A DNA stretch of 64,000 nucleotides from Eledone cirrhosa. Its lineage: Eukaryota. How positions within the stretch are numbered: the first letter of the stretch is position 1; the number at the start of each line of letters is the position of its first letter. Positions 38,340 through 52,700 of the stretch are shown here, one piece after another. The stretch covers positions 12,400,001 to 12,464,000 of the forward strand of contig OZ024755.1 in assembly GCA_964016885.1 (NCBI GenBank). Reading direction: 5' to 3'. The notes beneath the pieces were generated by a model. The model had not been told where the DNA came from. It saw only the letters and a list, made by a program, of their open reading frames with translations, and searched no databases. A program made the translations under genes and the position numbers.

Positions 38340-39650
38340 ATAGACAGACAGGCAGACAGGCAGACAGACAGAGAGACAGAGAGACAGACAGACAGACAGA
38401 GAGACAGACAGACAGACAGAGAGACAGACAGACAGACAGAGAGACAGACAGACAGAGAGAGACAGACAGACAGACAGACATATACACAGATAGTTATATA
38501 CATAGACATACACAGAGACACTGACACACACACACACAGACATACAGACATACAGACATCGTCATACACAGACATTCACACACACACACACCGACATACT
38601 CACACACACACACATCGACATACACACACACACATCGACATACACACACACACACATCGACATACACACACACACACATCGACATACACATATCGACATA
38701 CACATACACACATCGACATACACATACACACATCGACATACACATACACACATCGACATACACATACACAGGCAGTATCTTCATTCCCTGCACTTAATGT
38801 CACACCATACATTTCATGTTTTTAGTATTTTTACTATAACATCCTCGTCGTCAGTTATCGCCATCATCATCATCATCATCATCATCATCGTTGTCACAGT
38901 CATCGTCGCCATTATCATCATCATCGTCGTTGCCACAGTCATCGTCGCCATTATCAACATCATCAACATCATCATCATCATCGTTGTATGGTTTCTGATT
39001 TATATATTCGTTATCTTTATTTTTTTTAATTATGTTTAGTTCATTTGTTTTACCACCACCACTACCTCCATACCACCACCACTACCACCATACCACCACC
39101 ACCACTACCTCCACCACCACCACCACTACCATCACCACCATACCACCACCATCAATATCCCCATTGTTATAACTACCACCATCACCACATCACCACATCA
39201 TCATCATCATCACCACCAATGTTATAACTACCACCATCACCACCACATCATCATTATCATACCACCACCACCAATATCCTCATCACCACCACCATCACAC
39301 CAATATCCTCATCACCACCACACCAATATCCTCATCACCATCACCAACATCACCACCACCACCATCACCACCACCACACCAATATCCTCATCACCATCAC
39401 AACCATCACCACAATCATCACCACCATCACCACAATCATCACCACCATCACCACAATCATCACCACCACCACCACCAATATCCTCATCACCATCACCTCC
39501 ACCACCACAATCACAACCATCACAACCATCACAACCATCACCACCATCACCACCACCACCACACCAATATCCTCATCACCTCCACCACCACAATCACAAC
39601 CATCACCATCACCATCACCATCACCACCACCACCACCACCACCACCGCTA
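38340..39650. repeat. (GACA)n, (CA)-rich and (CAC/CAT)n low-complexity tracts
   Basis: Direct inspection. Confidence 0.9.
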
Positions 39651-39842
39651 TTATTATAGAGTTTCCGAGTCGTGTGACATTATTACAATCATTGCCATAA
39701 ATATTATTATCATCATCATCGCCATCATTATCCTCATTATTATTTTACTATTATCCTCCCCGTCCCCACATTTATTTAGTTTATGCCATCATTATTGGGG
39801 ATCTGAATTGCTTTATAATTTGTAACATTATTATTTCATCAA

Positions 39843-39881
<39 letters not shown>

Positions 39882-40662
39882 CAGAGGTGGTGGTTCTTCT
39901 TATTGTTGTTGTAGCAGCAGCAGCTATGTGTCAAATTGCATTGACACCAAAATTCTGGTCGTTGATTGGATGAAAACAAGGTCTATGTCATTATCCTTAA
40001 AATCCGTCTTTCTTAAGATGCAGACGCCATTGCAATTCCTGCATCTTCTCTATGCCACATACAGTGTGTATGTGTGTGCATATAATAAATATATATAATA
40101 AATAAATAAATAAATAAATAAATAGCTTAGAGTTTAGACTCAGAGAGGTCATTTACAATCATTTCAGCTCTAGGAATCGCTTCTGAGCAGTATAAATTAA
40201 TATTTGATGAACTTTTACATGTTATAGTTGCAATTGACTAATAAGATCGCTAGAGTGAAAAATCTTAATTCAACAACATAAGGTCTGCCTGTACGATCTA
40301 GAAAATAATAAATCAATACTCACAGACTCATATATATATATAGGTTTAAACAAAACTCGATATATAATATATGTATGTATATGTTATATACATATATATG
40401 TATATTTGTATGAGTAAATATATATACATATATATATATATATATAACGAAAGAGGTGCGGTGAGGAACCAGATGGACCATAACGCACCAGAGTACTCAA
40501 TACTTAGGGTAGTAGAGTGGGTAATAAGAAAATGTTTGACTCCGACGGCAGAGCTCAAGCCGTTTCGACGGCTTGAGCTCTGCCGTCGGGGTCAAACATT
40601 TTCTTTATATATATATATATACGATATTAAACAAATGGAAACTATATTTATAAAACCATATT

Positions 40663-40728
40663 TATTTCATTATACATATTTCAGGGATACCATATTAAAA
40701 ATATGGCATGCCTTCTTCAGATAAAATA
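40663..40728 (-). ncRNA. Type I minimal hammerhead motif, not in a palindrome
   Basis: tattttat-CTGAAGA-aggcatgccatatt(ttt)aatatggtatccct-GAAA-tatgta-TA^atgaaata. Confidence 0.78.
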
Positions 40729-40814
40729 CAATATATAAGCAGTTTTATAAATAAATAAATTTGACGTACCATAAAAATATTGATCAACTTCCATTTAAAA
40801 AAGTTGGTTTGGTA

Positions 40815-40861
<47 letters not shown>

Positions 40862-41399
40862 TAGTATATATATATATATATATATTATATAAACGGGTCG
40901 ATGTGATCGACTAAATTCCTTCAAACTGGTGCCCCAGCATGACGGAAGTCTAATGTCTGAAACCCGGAAAAGAATATACAATATTTCTTCGAGTGTGTCA
41001 GTTGCAGCTTGACAAAGCTCCACTTTTCTATTTTTAGCTGTTAGTATTGCTTAAACCCAGCTCAGCTATGTTCTATGATAGAAGACATCCCCGCCGTCCT
41101 CAATATTTGTCATTTTCTACATCTAACACTACACTGTTTAATGTATCCTTTGCTTGGTTTGTGAGATACTAGAGGAATATTTCTGGAAGATCAAGTGTCA
41201 TCGAAGGCCTTCGTTCGTTCACAAGGAGTTTGTAAATACTCTGGTGTGAACCGTTTTAATCTTGCATCGATAACTTCTATGTCTTATATTAACTACCCTA
41301 ACAAATGTCCAATATATAAGATCTCTATATAAAAGGAATTTGGGTTGAAAGTATGCTAAATGCATAGCACCCTTCGTAATTATTTCGTGTGTGTATATA

Positions 41400-41467
<68 letters not shown>

Positions 41468-41641
41468 TTATATATATATAATACATTGTCTGGGCCGAAC
41501 TAGGATGATCTAAGATTCCCCCAGCTCATCGGTTCGACTCGGACAATGTTTTATGAAAAGAAAATCTTTTTCGGGGAAATTATTGGATTTTTCCGAATTT
41601 AAAGGTTTATTAGGAACTTTCAAGGTTTGTTTTAGGTTTTG

Positions 41642-41699
41642 CCGTCTGAAGAGCTCATGCTGTCTAAACTGATAGTCCTCAGTGAAATATGTATAACGG
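41642..41699 (+). ncRNA. Type I minimal hammerhead motif, first of a tandem pair
   Basis: ccgt-CTGAAGA-gct...agt-GAAA-tatgta-TA^acgg, followed by AATAAA. Confidence 0.68.
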
Positions 41700-41816
41700 A
41701 GTTTTAAATAAACCGGAATTAATTTAATATGGCCGCCGATCTTTTATTAATTTATTACATTTCTCTCTGCCTTTCAGCCTCTTGGATTATGTTTTCCATT
41801 ATTCCTTTTATACAAT

Positions 41817-41878
41817 AAACACCTGATGATGTCACCAGGATCCTACGGAACCTGGTCATTGAAATGTGCATAGAGTTT
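41817..41878 (+). ncRNA. Type I minimal hammerhead motif, second of a tandem pair
   Basis: aaacac-CTGATGA-...accagg(...)cctggt...-GAAA-tgtgca-TA^gagttt, followed by AATAAA. Confidence 0.68.
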
Positions 41879-42737
41879 GTAATAAATCTTTGAAGGAATT
41901 TCTCCAGTCCAGCCTCCTGTCATTTTACTCAATAATACATACATACATACATACATACATACATACATACATACATACATACATTACATACATACATACA
42001 TACATACATTACATACATACATTACATACATACATTACATACATACATTACATACATACATAGAGAGAGAGATTTGACTTCTGTTGCCAATAAAGAAATT
42101 GTGTGAGTGTAAAATTTTAAAGCATGTTACCTTATTGTAACCTGCTACAACGCAACTTTGACTATTAAATAGATGACGAGCAAGTGTAAATGAAATACAC
42201 ACACGCATGCACATGTGTGTGTGGACTGACTAGCTGTCGATACAGAAGCAGCAATGCTGGCCAAAACTGAAATTCTATATTAGATTCAATTCTCACGACT
42301 ATATTTCTTCAATCAACCAATAAAGACAAAACAAACAAGTCAAAAATCAATATAATCTATTGAACCAATAAGCCAACCATTCACACACACAATTCTTCAA
42401 TAACTCAAATCTGCATAGAATATGAAACAAAAGAAATATTTCACAAGAAAGTCCTTTGTTTTTAGTTATTGTCTTCAATCGCATTGTTATCTTACTGAAA
42501 GAAAAAGGCGGATAAAGTCTATCTCTGGCATGAAACAATTATACATGTACATACATATATACACATATATGCAAACGCACACACACACACCTATATATAT
42601 ATATAAATATTAATATATACATATATATATATATTAATATATATATTAATATATACATCTACACACACATATATATGCACACATATACATACATCTACAC
42701 ACACACATTATATATACATATACACACACACACATTA

Positions 42738-42784
<47 letters not shown>

Positions 42785-43060
42785 AAGAAAGGAATTGGAT
42801 GGAATTCTACAGATAAATCTTGACGTGGTTTATAGATTTCTTTGTTGTTGAATTAAAAGATAGCTAATTTATATGTATAGATACAATTCCAAACACACAC
42901 GGGTGTGTGTGTGTGTGTGTAGATATATAAATATACATGTGCGTGCGTGTGTGCATGTGCGTGTGTGTGTGTGAAAGGTTAACAGAAATAACAACACAAT
43001 CGGTACAGTATATGGAAGGTATATATATTAGGTTAACGCTTGATATAGTAGGAAGAGGGT

Positions 43061-43094
43061 TTTAACGTTTCGGACGCTAGTCCTACATCAGAAG
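43061..43094 (-). ncRNA. Degenerate minimal hammerhead (GAAACGTTA family)
   Basis: CTGATGT-a-ggac(tagc)gtcc-GAAAcgtTA. Relatives at 48518-48553 (+) and 29830-29865 (+); each has a core substitution. Confidence 0.5.
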
Positions 43095-43183
43095 AAAGAA
43101 TGAGAAATAAGATAGATTGGGGGGACGTGCGAGATGGAATTGGAAAAAATGTCTTTAGATAAAATAACAGGTCCGTTCATGTT

Positions 43184-43253
<70 letters not shown>

Positions 43254-43494
43254 TAGGCAAATATACACGGGTGTGTATGATTGTGTATAGAAGATTATAT
43301 TAATAAGAGGAATTCCAACTTTGTCTGATTTACTCGTTTTATTTACAATCCTTTAAAATATATATAATGGTATTATAATATTAAATTCTAAGTGTTAATT
43401 GAACAAGTACTTTCATGCTTTCGCAATCTTCAGGTGACAGTCGAGTTTGCAATTTTCAACTGAAAATTGCAAACTCGACTGTCACCACATATTA

Positions 43495-43533
43495 TGAACC
43501 TGAAGATTGCGAAAGCATGAAAGTACTTGTTCA
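43495..43533 (+). ncRNA. 39-nt minimal hammerhead motif in palindrome 43297-43655
   Basis: tgaac-CTGAAGA-t-tgc(gaaa)gca-t-GAAA-gtac-TT^gttca: GNRA-capped stem II and palindromic loop 3. Confidence 0.75.
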
Positions 43534-44012
43534 ATTAACACTTAGAATTTAATATTCTATCATACTATTTCATTATAATACCATTATATATATTTTAAAG
43601 GATTGTAAATAAAACGAGTAAATCAGACAAAGTTGGAATTCCTCTTATTAATATATATATATATATGATATATATATATATATATATACACAAGTGGAAG
43701 GTTAGTAAAGTCTAAGTTATGGCGGTGGCCAACCCACGAAGTAACAATTAAGTTTGCACGAAGCACTCAATAAGTATCTATAAATGGATAGGCCACATCT
43801 AAGAGTAATTAATATACGTTAGATAACGTGACAAATTGAAAACTTCGGCTATGGGCCATAGCCACATAATTTGCCAAAACAATGAAAATATAATCAGGTT
43901 AAATAACAAACGCGGACCGTCTCGGGGGGGGGGGGGGTATTTTGTAATATCCCCGATAGATTTCTATGAATTCAAAATCAACAATCCTACTTGCGCAATA
44001 TGCAAGTTTGTG

Positions 44013-44054
<42 letters not shown>

Positions 44055-44193
44055 CAACTGGTTTTTCCACATTATACATATTGTTCGCACCCCAAACACT
44101 TAAATTGTGTTTATATTTTAATATAACCTAATCTTTGTTGAGTGAGATGGTTACCAGTCAGAGTTTAGCTTTAAACTATCTCTGTTATTGTAT

Positions 44194-44237
<44 letters not shown>

Positions 44238-44238
44238 C

Positions 44239-44289
<51 letters not shown>

Positions 44290-45327
44290 GACACACACAC
44301 ACCAAATTCTTCTAAGTGTTTGTTTCAAATTATTAGCATGTCCTTATATACTGCATAAGATCCTTACTCTACACTTATATAAAAGTTTTTTGCATATAGT
44401 TATTTGTTCTCTAAAGACAGTGTAATACGTTTTGTATGCATGAATGGGCTCTTGTGGCAAATATATAATAAAATTAGGTTTATTATAAATAATATAAATA
44501 TGATTATCGCAATTGTTATTCACATCATAGATTCTGTTATTTTCCTTCAGTGGGAGAAAGTGTTGTCACCTATTTCATGTGTAGGTGTATATAGATGAAA
44601 TATGTGTGTGTGAGAAAAAGACCGTATGAGTGATGAGTGTGTGTGTGTGTATATATATATTATATATATATACATACATACATACATATACATATATATA
44701 TATATAACAAAGAAAATGTGGTAAGGAACCAGATGGACCATAATGCACCAGAGTACTCAATACTTAGAGTAGTAGAGTGGGAAATAGGAAAAAGTATGAC
44801 CCCGATATATATATATATATATATTAAAATAACAGATTAAAGTTTAAGCAAAGAATCGCTGCTTTCACCCTTAACGGGATCTTCTGAAACTAACAAAGTC
44901 AATCTGTAAACGCAGAACTGGATATTCCAAAAAACGTTGCAACCGGAGGAAGACAGGAAGACGATACTTTAGTTCGTGGTAACGTTCGCTGGCAAAGAAC
45001 GGGAAAAAACGAATAATACGTCATTAATAGGAAATATATCTACCAAAAACGAATAATACGTCATTAATAGGAAATATATCTACCAAAATATACGGTAGCG
45101 TCCACGGTTCTTATATATTTGATATATATTTTCCTTATCGAGCCCTCTTTGGATTTTAGTCTTCAATTTTATTATTATTACTATATATATATATATATAT
45201 ATATAAACTATCTTGACTCTGTTTTCCTGTGATTTTCATCGAAAAAATGTTTGAATACATCTCTTTTCATGATATTTGGATTACATTGAGTTCTTCATAC
45301 GGATTGGACGCTACCGTATATTTTGGT

Positions 45328-45377
<50 letters not shown>

Positions 45378-45479
45378 AAAAGTATGACCCCGACGGCAGA
45401 GCTTAAGCCGTTTCGACGGCTATAGTCCAAAAATAGCCGTCGAAACGGCTTGAGCTCTGCTGTCGGAGTCATAATTTTT

Positions 45480-45522
<43 letters not shown>

Positions 45523-45625
45523 AAAAGTATGACCCCGACAGCAGAGCTCAAGCCGTTTCGACGGCTATAGTCCAGAAATAGCCGTCGAAACGGCTTGAGC
45601 TCTGCCGTCGGGGGTCATACCTTTT

Positions 45626-45660
<35 letters not shown>

Positions 45661-46488
45661 CCATTATACAGAAAGGATGTAATATGACAGCTGCAGCTTG
45701 ATCGTTTGTATTACCCATTCCGGTGGGTGGTGCGATCTGTGAGTGGTTTACGGAATATAGTGGTGTGGGTTAGGGGCTGGTTTGTATGTAGATTCACGTT
45801 TGGTCTATGGTATTTTGGGGGGTGTTTTACTTTCAGATTAAGGCAATCAACGGCCTTATTTACACATATATTATACACACGTATGTTTGTACACACAATG
45901 TGTGTGCATACGCACGTGTACGTATGAACATATAAATGTTCGCAGGGTATATTTATGACATACTGGCTGAGTCGTTAGAGCAAAGGACAATATGTTTGCG
46001 ATATCTAGTAACGAACCTATAAGTTTATCGTTCAAATCTCGCTGACGTTAAGTTAGCCTTTCGTTCTTACGGGATTGAGAAAATAATTGTGTCTACGTTA
46101 GGTACAAGGCCAGCAATTACCCAGTGCATGAGAAAATAATGAAGTGCCGTCAATTCACAGGGTTTGAAAGTAGTCTAAATCTGAATGGAATTATTATGGA
46201 CTATTTTATCGGCCTTTAGTTACGAAGGTCATAACTACAATTTTGTGTTCCACCTCCACATTGTTTCATTACAACTTTCTTACGTTTATATAACAAAGAG
46301 GGTGTGGTAAGAAACCAGGTGAATCATAATGCACCAGAGTACTTAATACTTAGGGTAGTAGAGTGGGTAATAGGAAAAGAGTCAGGACCCCGACGGCTGA
46401 GCTCCGGCCGTTTCGACAGCTACATCTGAACGCTCGTTTGGATTTAGCTGTCGAAACGCCTGGAGCTCAGCCGTTGGGGTCCCGACTC

Positions 46489-46541
<53 letters not shown>

Positions 46542-46896
46542 GTGAGGTTTTTTTTACAAAATGAAAAATAACCGAGGTGTCCTACACGAGTGAAAGTATA
46601 AAGAAAAAGAGATGAAATCGAAAATGCAACTGGAGTCTTATTTTTTTTTTTTAAATATATATATTTATTTGGTTCCTTTACCGGTTTCGCAGTTCTTCTG
46701 CTTTTCAAAAGATGAGTTGAGATGGAGGGTCTGTGGTTTTTCTCATATATATATATGAAAAATAGAGTCCAGCGTGACTAAAACCATATGAATGAATAAA
46801 AGATATGGACGAAGACAGGGAAATGAACAAATACAGACAGTAATCCCATCTCATCAAATGACAGCTAGAAATACGCAGTTCCGATGCTTATATATA

Positions 46897-46946
<50 letters not shown>

Positions 46947-47466
46947 AGGTTTCCTTAGTTAGTTTGCGAGAATTCCCATGCAGGTTATTCTTGAAGTAAT
47001 AGTAGTAAAAGAGTGATAACATGGTCGGCTGAACAAAAAGGGTTTTATTTACATTATTAATAATTGTTTCATTGATCAGGTGAGTCTAAAGGCCATTGAT
47101 CAGGTGAGTCTAAAGGCCGCTAATCACTCGAAGTTGTGTCACTCGACCTTAAATACAGTGTGTCTGATCAAATCATCGGAATATTCCGATGATTTGATCA
47201 GACACACACACGTTATTCTTCACTCTTTCACTACTATATATATATATATATAATGTGTATATATATATATATATAAGTTAAAACAATGAAATAAAAATTC
47301 AAGTCATTAAAAATATACTTCACTGCTTTACGATCGTATCTAGGTGATGATAATACATCGTAACCATACTTCGTTATCGATCTATGTAAGGTTAGTTACA
47401 AAATATCAGATAAGGAAAATACTTACATGTATATCACCAGCTGTTGTCAAAAGCAATCTGTGTGTG

Positions 47467-47507
<41 letters not shown>

Positions 47508-47785
47508 TATGCATGTGTCTCAGTGTGTGCATTCTTTTGTTGATAATATATATATAATTTTAAAACAATATCATACAAGTTATTTTTGCTTTAGATCGTT
47601 GGAAGAAAACCATTCACAATATGTCAGATATTTCTTTAAAAGGTTATTAATGGATTATCATGATTTAACCTTTTGTCGCCGTTCTAGCTCATCGAACTGC
47701 CTAATCGACAGCCTAATCTATCTATATTCTACGAATAGTACGAACGCCGCAGCGAAATTTGCTACGATAACATTTTGGTGACAAA

Positions 47786-47835
47786 ATCTATATATTATAA
47801 TAACTGCATCGTTTCTATGTCCGTCTGTCACACAC
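47786..47835 (+). mobile_element. Possible Helitron-type 5' end; dispersed copy at 63421-63465
   Basis: ATCTATATATTATAATAACTG...GTCCGTCTGTCA is shared with ATCTTTATTATAATAACTG...GTCCGTCTGTCA. The family assignment is by resemblance only. Confidence 0.35.
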
Positions 47836-48058
47836 AACCATTGCGATCTTTTAAAATGATTTTCTTTTTACAACCCATAGAAAATAATTCTAAGGCAAAA
47901 AAGGGAGGGTTCAGACGTTCTGAAATACTTTCATTCACACCAGAGATCAGTTCTCTCTCTCTCTCTCACTTTTTTTTTTTTATTTTTTATATTTTTTTTT
48001 TTTATATATATATATATACGATATTAACAAATGGAAACTATATTTATAAAACCATATT

Positions 48059-48123
48059 TATTTCATTATACATATTTCAAGGACACCAAGTTAAATTATT
48101 GTGTGCTTTCATCAGATAAAATA
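48059..48123 (-). ncRNA. Type I minimal hammerhead motif, same family as 40663-40728
   Basis: tattttat-CTGATGA-aagcac...gtgtcctt-GAAA-tatgta-TA^atgaaata; flanks match 40620-40770. Confidence 0.72.
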
Positions 48124-48638
48124 TAATATAGAGCAATTTTATAAATAAATATTGACATACCCTTAAAGAATGCAACCATTACTGTTGGAAGCTCCCGGAT
48201 AGTGGAGTTATATCTTTAATTATACTATTAGGTAAGTTAGTATTGGATATTTTTAAATAAGCCGTTGGGTTACGGAGATATATATATATATATATATATA
48301 TATAATAAAATATGGAGAAAAATACTGCAGGTAGCGCATGGATAACATGTAATAAAATGAGTCCCTCATCAGTGATTTGCCGACGATCATAGATATTTCA
48401 TTGCATTAAAAATCATATACCTCACGTCGGTGCAATAATAACTAAAATAAGTTATTATATATCGTCCCTTCTTTATATTCTCTATCTTCCTATTTCATCT
48501 TTTATTTCTCAATCTATCTTCTGATGAAGGACTAGTGTACGAGACGTTAGAACTTTTTCCCTACTATATTAAGCATTAAACTAATACATTTCTTCATTGT
48601 ACTGTGTCGTTTGCTTTGTTGTTTCTGTTTAGCTTTAG

Positions 48639-48672
<34 letters not shown>

Positions 48673-48755
48673 CACCAAATTAGTTTAATTTACACCAATT
48701 TTGTTTACAACTCATCCCTCTGACTGAGTGCTCTGCCAACTTTGGATGTAAATTC

Positions 48756-48801
<46 letters not shown>

Positions 48802-50256
48802 TGTGTGTGTGTACGTGTGTGTGTGTACGTGTGTGTGTGTACGTGTGTGTGTGTACGTGTGTGTGTACGTGTGTGTGTGGTATATGTGTATATGTATGTA
48901 CTTATATATGTGTGATGCATGAGTGAGCGTGTTTGTGTGTGTGTATATATATATATGTGTATATGTACGGTGTACGTGTCATTTTACGTGATTTTTTTTA
49001 TTAGCATAGATTATCCTCATCAACACTATTATTATTACTACTGTTATTACTATCACAAATATTATTACTAATGTTATTATTAAACAACGCAGTGTTTTCA
49101 TATGAAATGAAACGACCTTCATCTTTCTCTCACCTCACCCTCTCTCTATCAACCATTTCCTCCTCCTCCTCCCTCCCCCTCCATCAGAGTCCCTGCATAA
49201 CAGCACTTGTTGATATTACTAACGGATTGTAATATAAGCCCCAAAGATAAACAAGACTTGGTAACGTTATGGAGAGAAAGAAAGAAAGAAAGAGACATAG
49301 GAGAGAAGAAAGGAAGAGGTTGTGATGGTGGTAGTGGTGGTGGTTGTAGTGGTAGTGGTGACGGTGATGGTGGTAGTGGTGATGGTGGTAGTGGTGATGG
49401 TGGTAGTGGTGATGGTGGTAGTGGTGATGGTGGTAGTGGTGATGGTGGTAGTGGTAGTGGTGATGGTGGTAGTGGTGATGGTGGTAGTAGTGATGGTGGT
49501 GGTGGTGGTGGTTGTGATGATGGTGGAGGTGGTAGATAAATGACGATGACAATAAATATTATTGTTAATTCTAACCCAATCTGTGCTTTTTCTAGTTTCT
49601 CGATTCTTCTTAGAGGCCATTAAGTAACAGAGTGGGGATGTTATGACACGAAACAGTTCGGACAGATTACATCACGATTTCTAGAGAGAGGGAGAGGGAA
49701 AGAGGGAGAGAGGGAGAGAGGTGGGACGAGGAGAGAGAGAGGGAGCGATGGAGAGTGAAAGAGTGAGAGAGAGAGGGAAAAAGTGAGAGAGAGATGAAAA
49801 GAGTGAGAGAGAGATGAAAAGAGTGAGACAGAGAGGAAAAGAGTGAGAGAGAGAGGAAAAGAGTGAGAGAGAGAGAGGGAGCGAGAGAGGGAGATGTGTG
49901 TGGGGGCTTGGGGTGTGGGGGCTTGGGGTGTGTGGGGGCTTGGGGTGGGTTGGTGTGGGGGGGTTGATAGCGGGAGCTTCTGCCATCATGGTGCCTGTGC
50001 CATCAGTTGTGCATACAATAGAAACGTTAATGATGATTGAGTGTGCGCGTGGGTCGAACGCGTGCGTGGGTCGAATGGGCGCGTGGATTGAGTGGGAGCG
50101 TGGATTGAGTGGGCGTGTGTTGGTGCGGCAGACACGAAACTTAGTTTTTTTTTTTTAGAGGTGAACCTAGGACGAGTTTCAATCGTGCGATCTGCGTGTA
50201 TGAGGGTGCGCGTGTAAGGGCGTACAATAGAAGCGTTGTTGGTGGTTGTGTGCATG

Positions 50257-50570
50257 TGAGGGTGTACAACAGAAGTTCTGCTGGTTGGTGTACGCATTTG
50301 AGGGTGTACAACAGAAGTTCTGCTGGTTGGTGTACGCATTTGAGGGTGTACAACAGAAGTTCTGCTGGTTGGTGTACGCATGTGAGGGTGTACAACAGAA
50401 GTTCTGCTGGTTGGTGTACGCATTTGAGGGTGTACAACAGAAGTTCTGCTGGTTGGTGTACGCATTTGAGGGTGTACAACAGAAGTTCTGCTGGTTGGTG
50501 TACGCATTTGAGGGTGTACAACAGAAGTTCTGCTGGTTGGTGTACGCATTTGAGGGCGTACAACAGAAGC
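50257..50570. repeat. 42-bp minisatellite, about 7.5 copies
   Basis: Unit GAGGGTGTACAACAGAAGTTCTGCTGGTTGGTGTACGCATTT; produces 14-aa repeat pseudo-ORFs in several frames. Confidence 0.95.
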
Positions 50571-51605
50571 GTTGTTGGTGGTTGAACGCGTGTACGTGCG
50601 ACATATCGGTGTTTGAGAGCCCGTTTAACATGTGCCAGATGTATTGCCGGTGGTTGTGTGTACGAGTAATAGACTATTCATTAAGTACATAAGTAGGTTC
50701 AACAGACCACTTTACTGGTGGTTAAGGGCGCATGTGATTGTGATAAAGATGTTACCGGTGACCAGCATATACGGGCCGAATAGTTTAGATGCCTGCTTTG
50801 CAACCACAAGGTCCCAGGTTCGATTCAACTGCATGGTATTGTGACTAAATGTCATTTACTATAGCATCACGGAGACGGAAACTGTTCCAGAGCCTGGCCC
50901 TTTATATTACAGGTACGTTCCTCAGGACAGACCCGTCACACTGTGTTACACTGTGATGTGATACTAAGAATACTTGAATTACTAGTGGTTACGCGTCTAT
51001 GTGTGTTACATACTGTCAGTAGTTGCATGTGTGTATGTGTGTGCATGTATGTGTGTTCCTCACACTTTCCCAGTGGTTTTGTTATAACATAGCTTTTAGG
51101 CAACTATGCGGTTAACAAGTTAGGTTTGAATTATGTTAAGTGTGCACTTGTTTGTGGAATGTTCTGTCACCCATTAATATCATGAGAGGGGCCATCCGAT
51201 TTTCAAACAACTGAAACACTCATCGTCGTAACTGACGATGATTCAACACATGTATTGGTTTATAATTTGTTACCACAAATTTGTATATGATTCCTACCAA
51301 ATTCCTTGTTGAATCAGCATCCATCATTAGTAACCGTATATGATGTTCACACTACAGTAGATGTAAACACTACTACGTGAGTGAGTGTGCGTGAGTGTGC
51401 GTGAGTGTGTGGGAGTGTGCGTGAGTGTGTGGGAGTGTGCGTGAGTGTGTGGGAGTGTCTGCGCGTGTGGTCTATGTGTGTGTGTGAGTGCGTGTGAGTG
51501 TGTGTGATAACTAGAATTAAAAAAAACTATTACATAACAAGATTCATCCAAAGTTACATGCTGAAATAACTGACTACTCATTAATAGGAAGCAGGGAGAA
51601 GATGT

Positions 51606-52700
51606 ACAATCCACACCTGTGTACTTTTTGTTGGCCTCCTAGGAAGAGAACAATCCACACCCGTGTACTTTTTGTTGGCCTCCTACAAAAAGTACAATCC
51701 ACACCTGTGTAGTTTTAGTTGGCCTCCTAGGAAGAGAACAATCCACACCTGTGTACTTTTAGTTGGCCTCCTAGGAAGAGAACAATCCACACCTGTGTAC
51801 TTTTAGTTGGCCTCCTAGGAAGAGAACAATCCACACCTGTGTAGTTTTAGTTGGCCTCCTAGGAAGAGAACAATCCACACCTGTGTAGTTTTAGTTGGCC
51901 TCCTAGGAAGAGAACAATCCACACCTGTGTAGTTTTAGTTGGCCTCCTAGGAAGAGAACAATCCACACCTGTGTAGTTTTTGTTGGCCTCCTAGGAAGAG
52001 AACAATCCACACCTGTGTAGTTTTAGTTGGCCTCCTAGGAAGAGAACAATCCACACCTGTGTACTTTTAGTTGGCCTCCTAGGAAGAGAACAATCCACAC
52101 CTGTGTAGTTTTTGTTGGCCTCCTAGGAAGAGAACAATCCACACCTGTGTAGTTTTTGTTGGCCTCCTAGGAAGAGAACAATCCACACCTGTGTACTTTT
52201 AGTTGGCCTCCTAGGAAGAGAACAATCCACACCTGTGTACTTTTTGTTGGCCTCCTAGGAAGAGAACAATCCACACCTGTGTACTTTTTGTTGGCCTCCT
52301 AGGAAGAGAACAATCCACACCTGTGTACTTTTAGTTGGCCTCCTAGGAAGAGAACAATCCACACCTGTGTACTTTTTGTTGGCCTCCTAGGAAGAGAACA
52401 ATCCACACCTGTGTACTTTTTGTTGGCCTCCTAGGAAGAGAACAATCCACACCTGTGTACTTTTTGTTGGCCTCCTAGGAAGAGAACAATCCACACCTGT
52501 GTAGTTTTAGCTGGCCTCCTAGGAAGAGAACAATCCACACCTGTGTACTTTTAGTTGGCCTCCTAGGAAGAGAACAATCCACACCTGTGTACTTTTTGTT
52601 GGCCTCCTAGGAAGAGAACAATCCACACCTGTGTACTTTTTGTTGGCCTCCTACAAAAAGTACAGTCCACGCCTGTGTAGTTTTAGCTGGCCTCATATGA
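51606..52700. repeat. 44-bp minisatellite, about 25 copies
   Basis: Unit ACAATCCACACCTGTGTA(C/G)TTTT(T/A)GTTGGCCTCCTAGGAAGAGA with two variable sites. Confidence 0.96.

Noticed and set aside
46674-46714. Minus-strand hammerhead-like TTGAAAA-gcag..ctgc-GAAAccggTA
   Set aside because: Two core substitutions; probably a dead copy and not listed as a feature.
48355-48380. Isolated CTGATGA on the minus strand
   Set aside because: No downstream GAAA or stem III.
49207-49539. Gly/Ser/Asp-rich or poly-His ORFs as structural proteins
   Set aside because: A trinucleotide-derived repeat open in several frames, with no splice or homology support.
51606-52700. CRISPR-like array appearance (also 1-312, 23805-24154, 50257-50570)
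   Set aside because: Units are contiguous with no unique spacers, there are no cas genes, and the context is eukaryotic; these are minisatellites.
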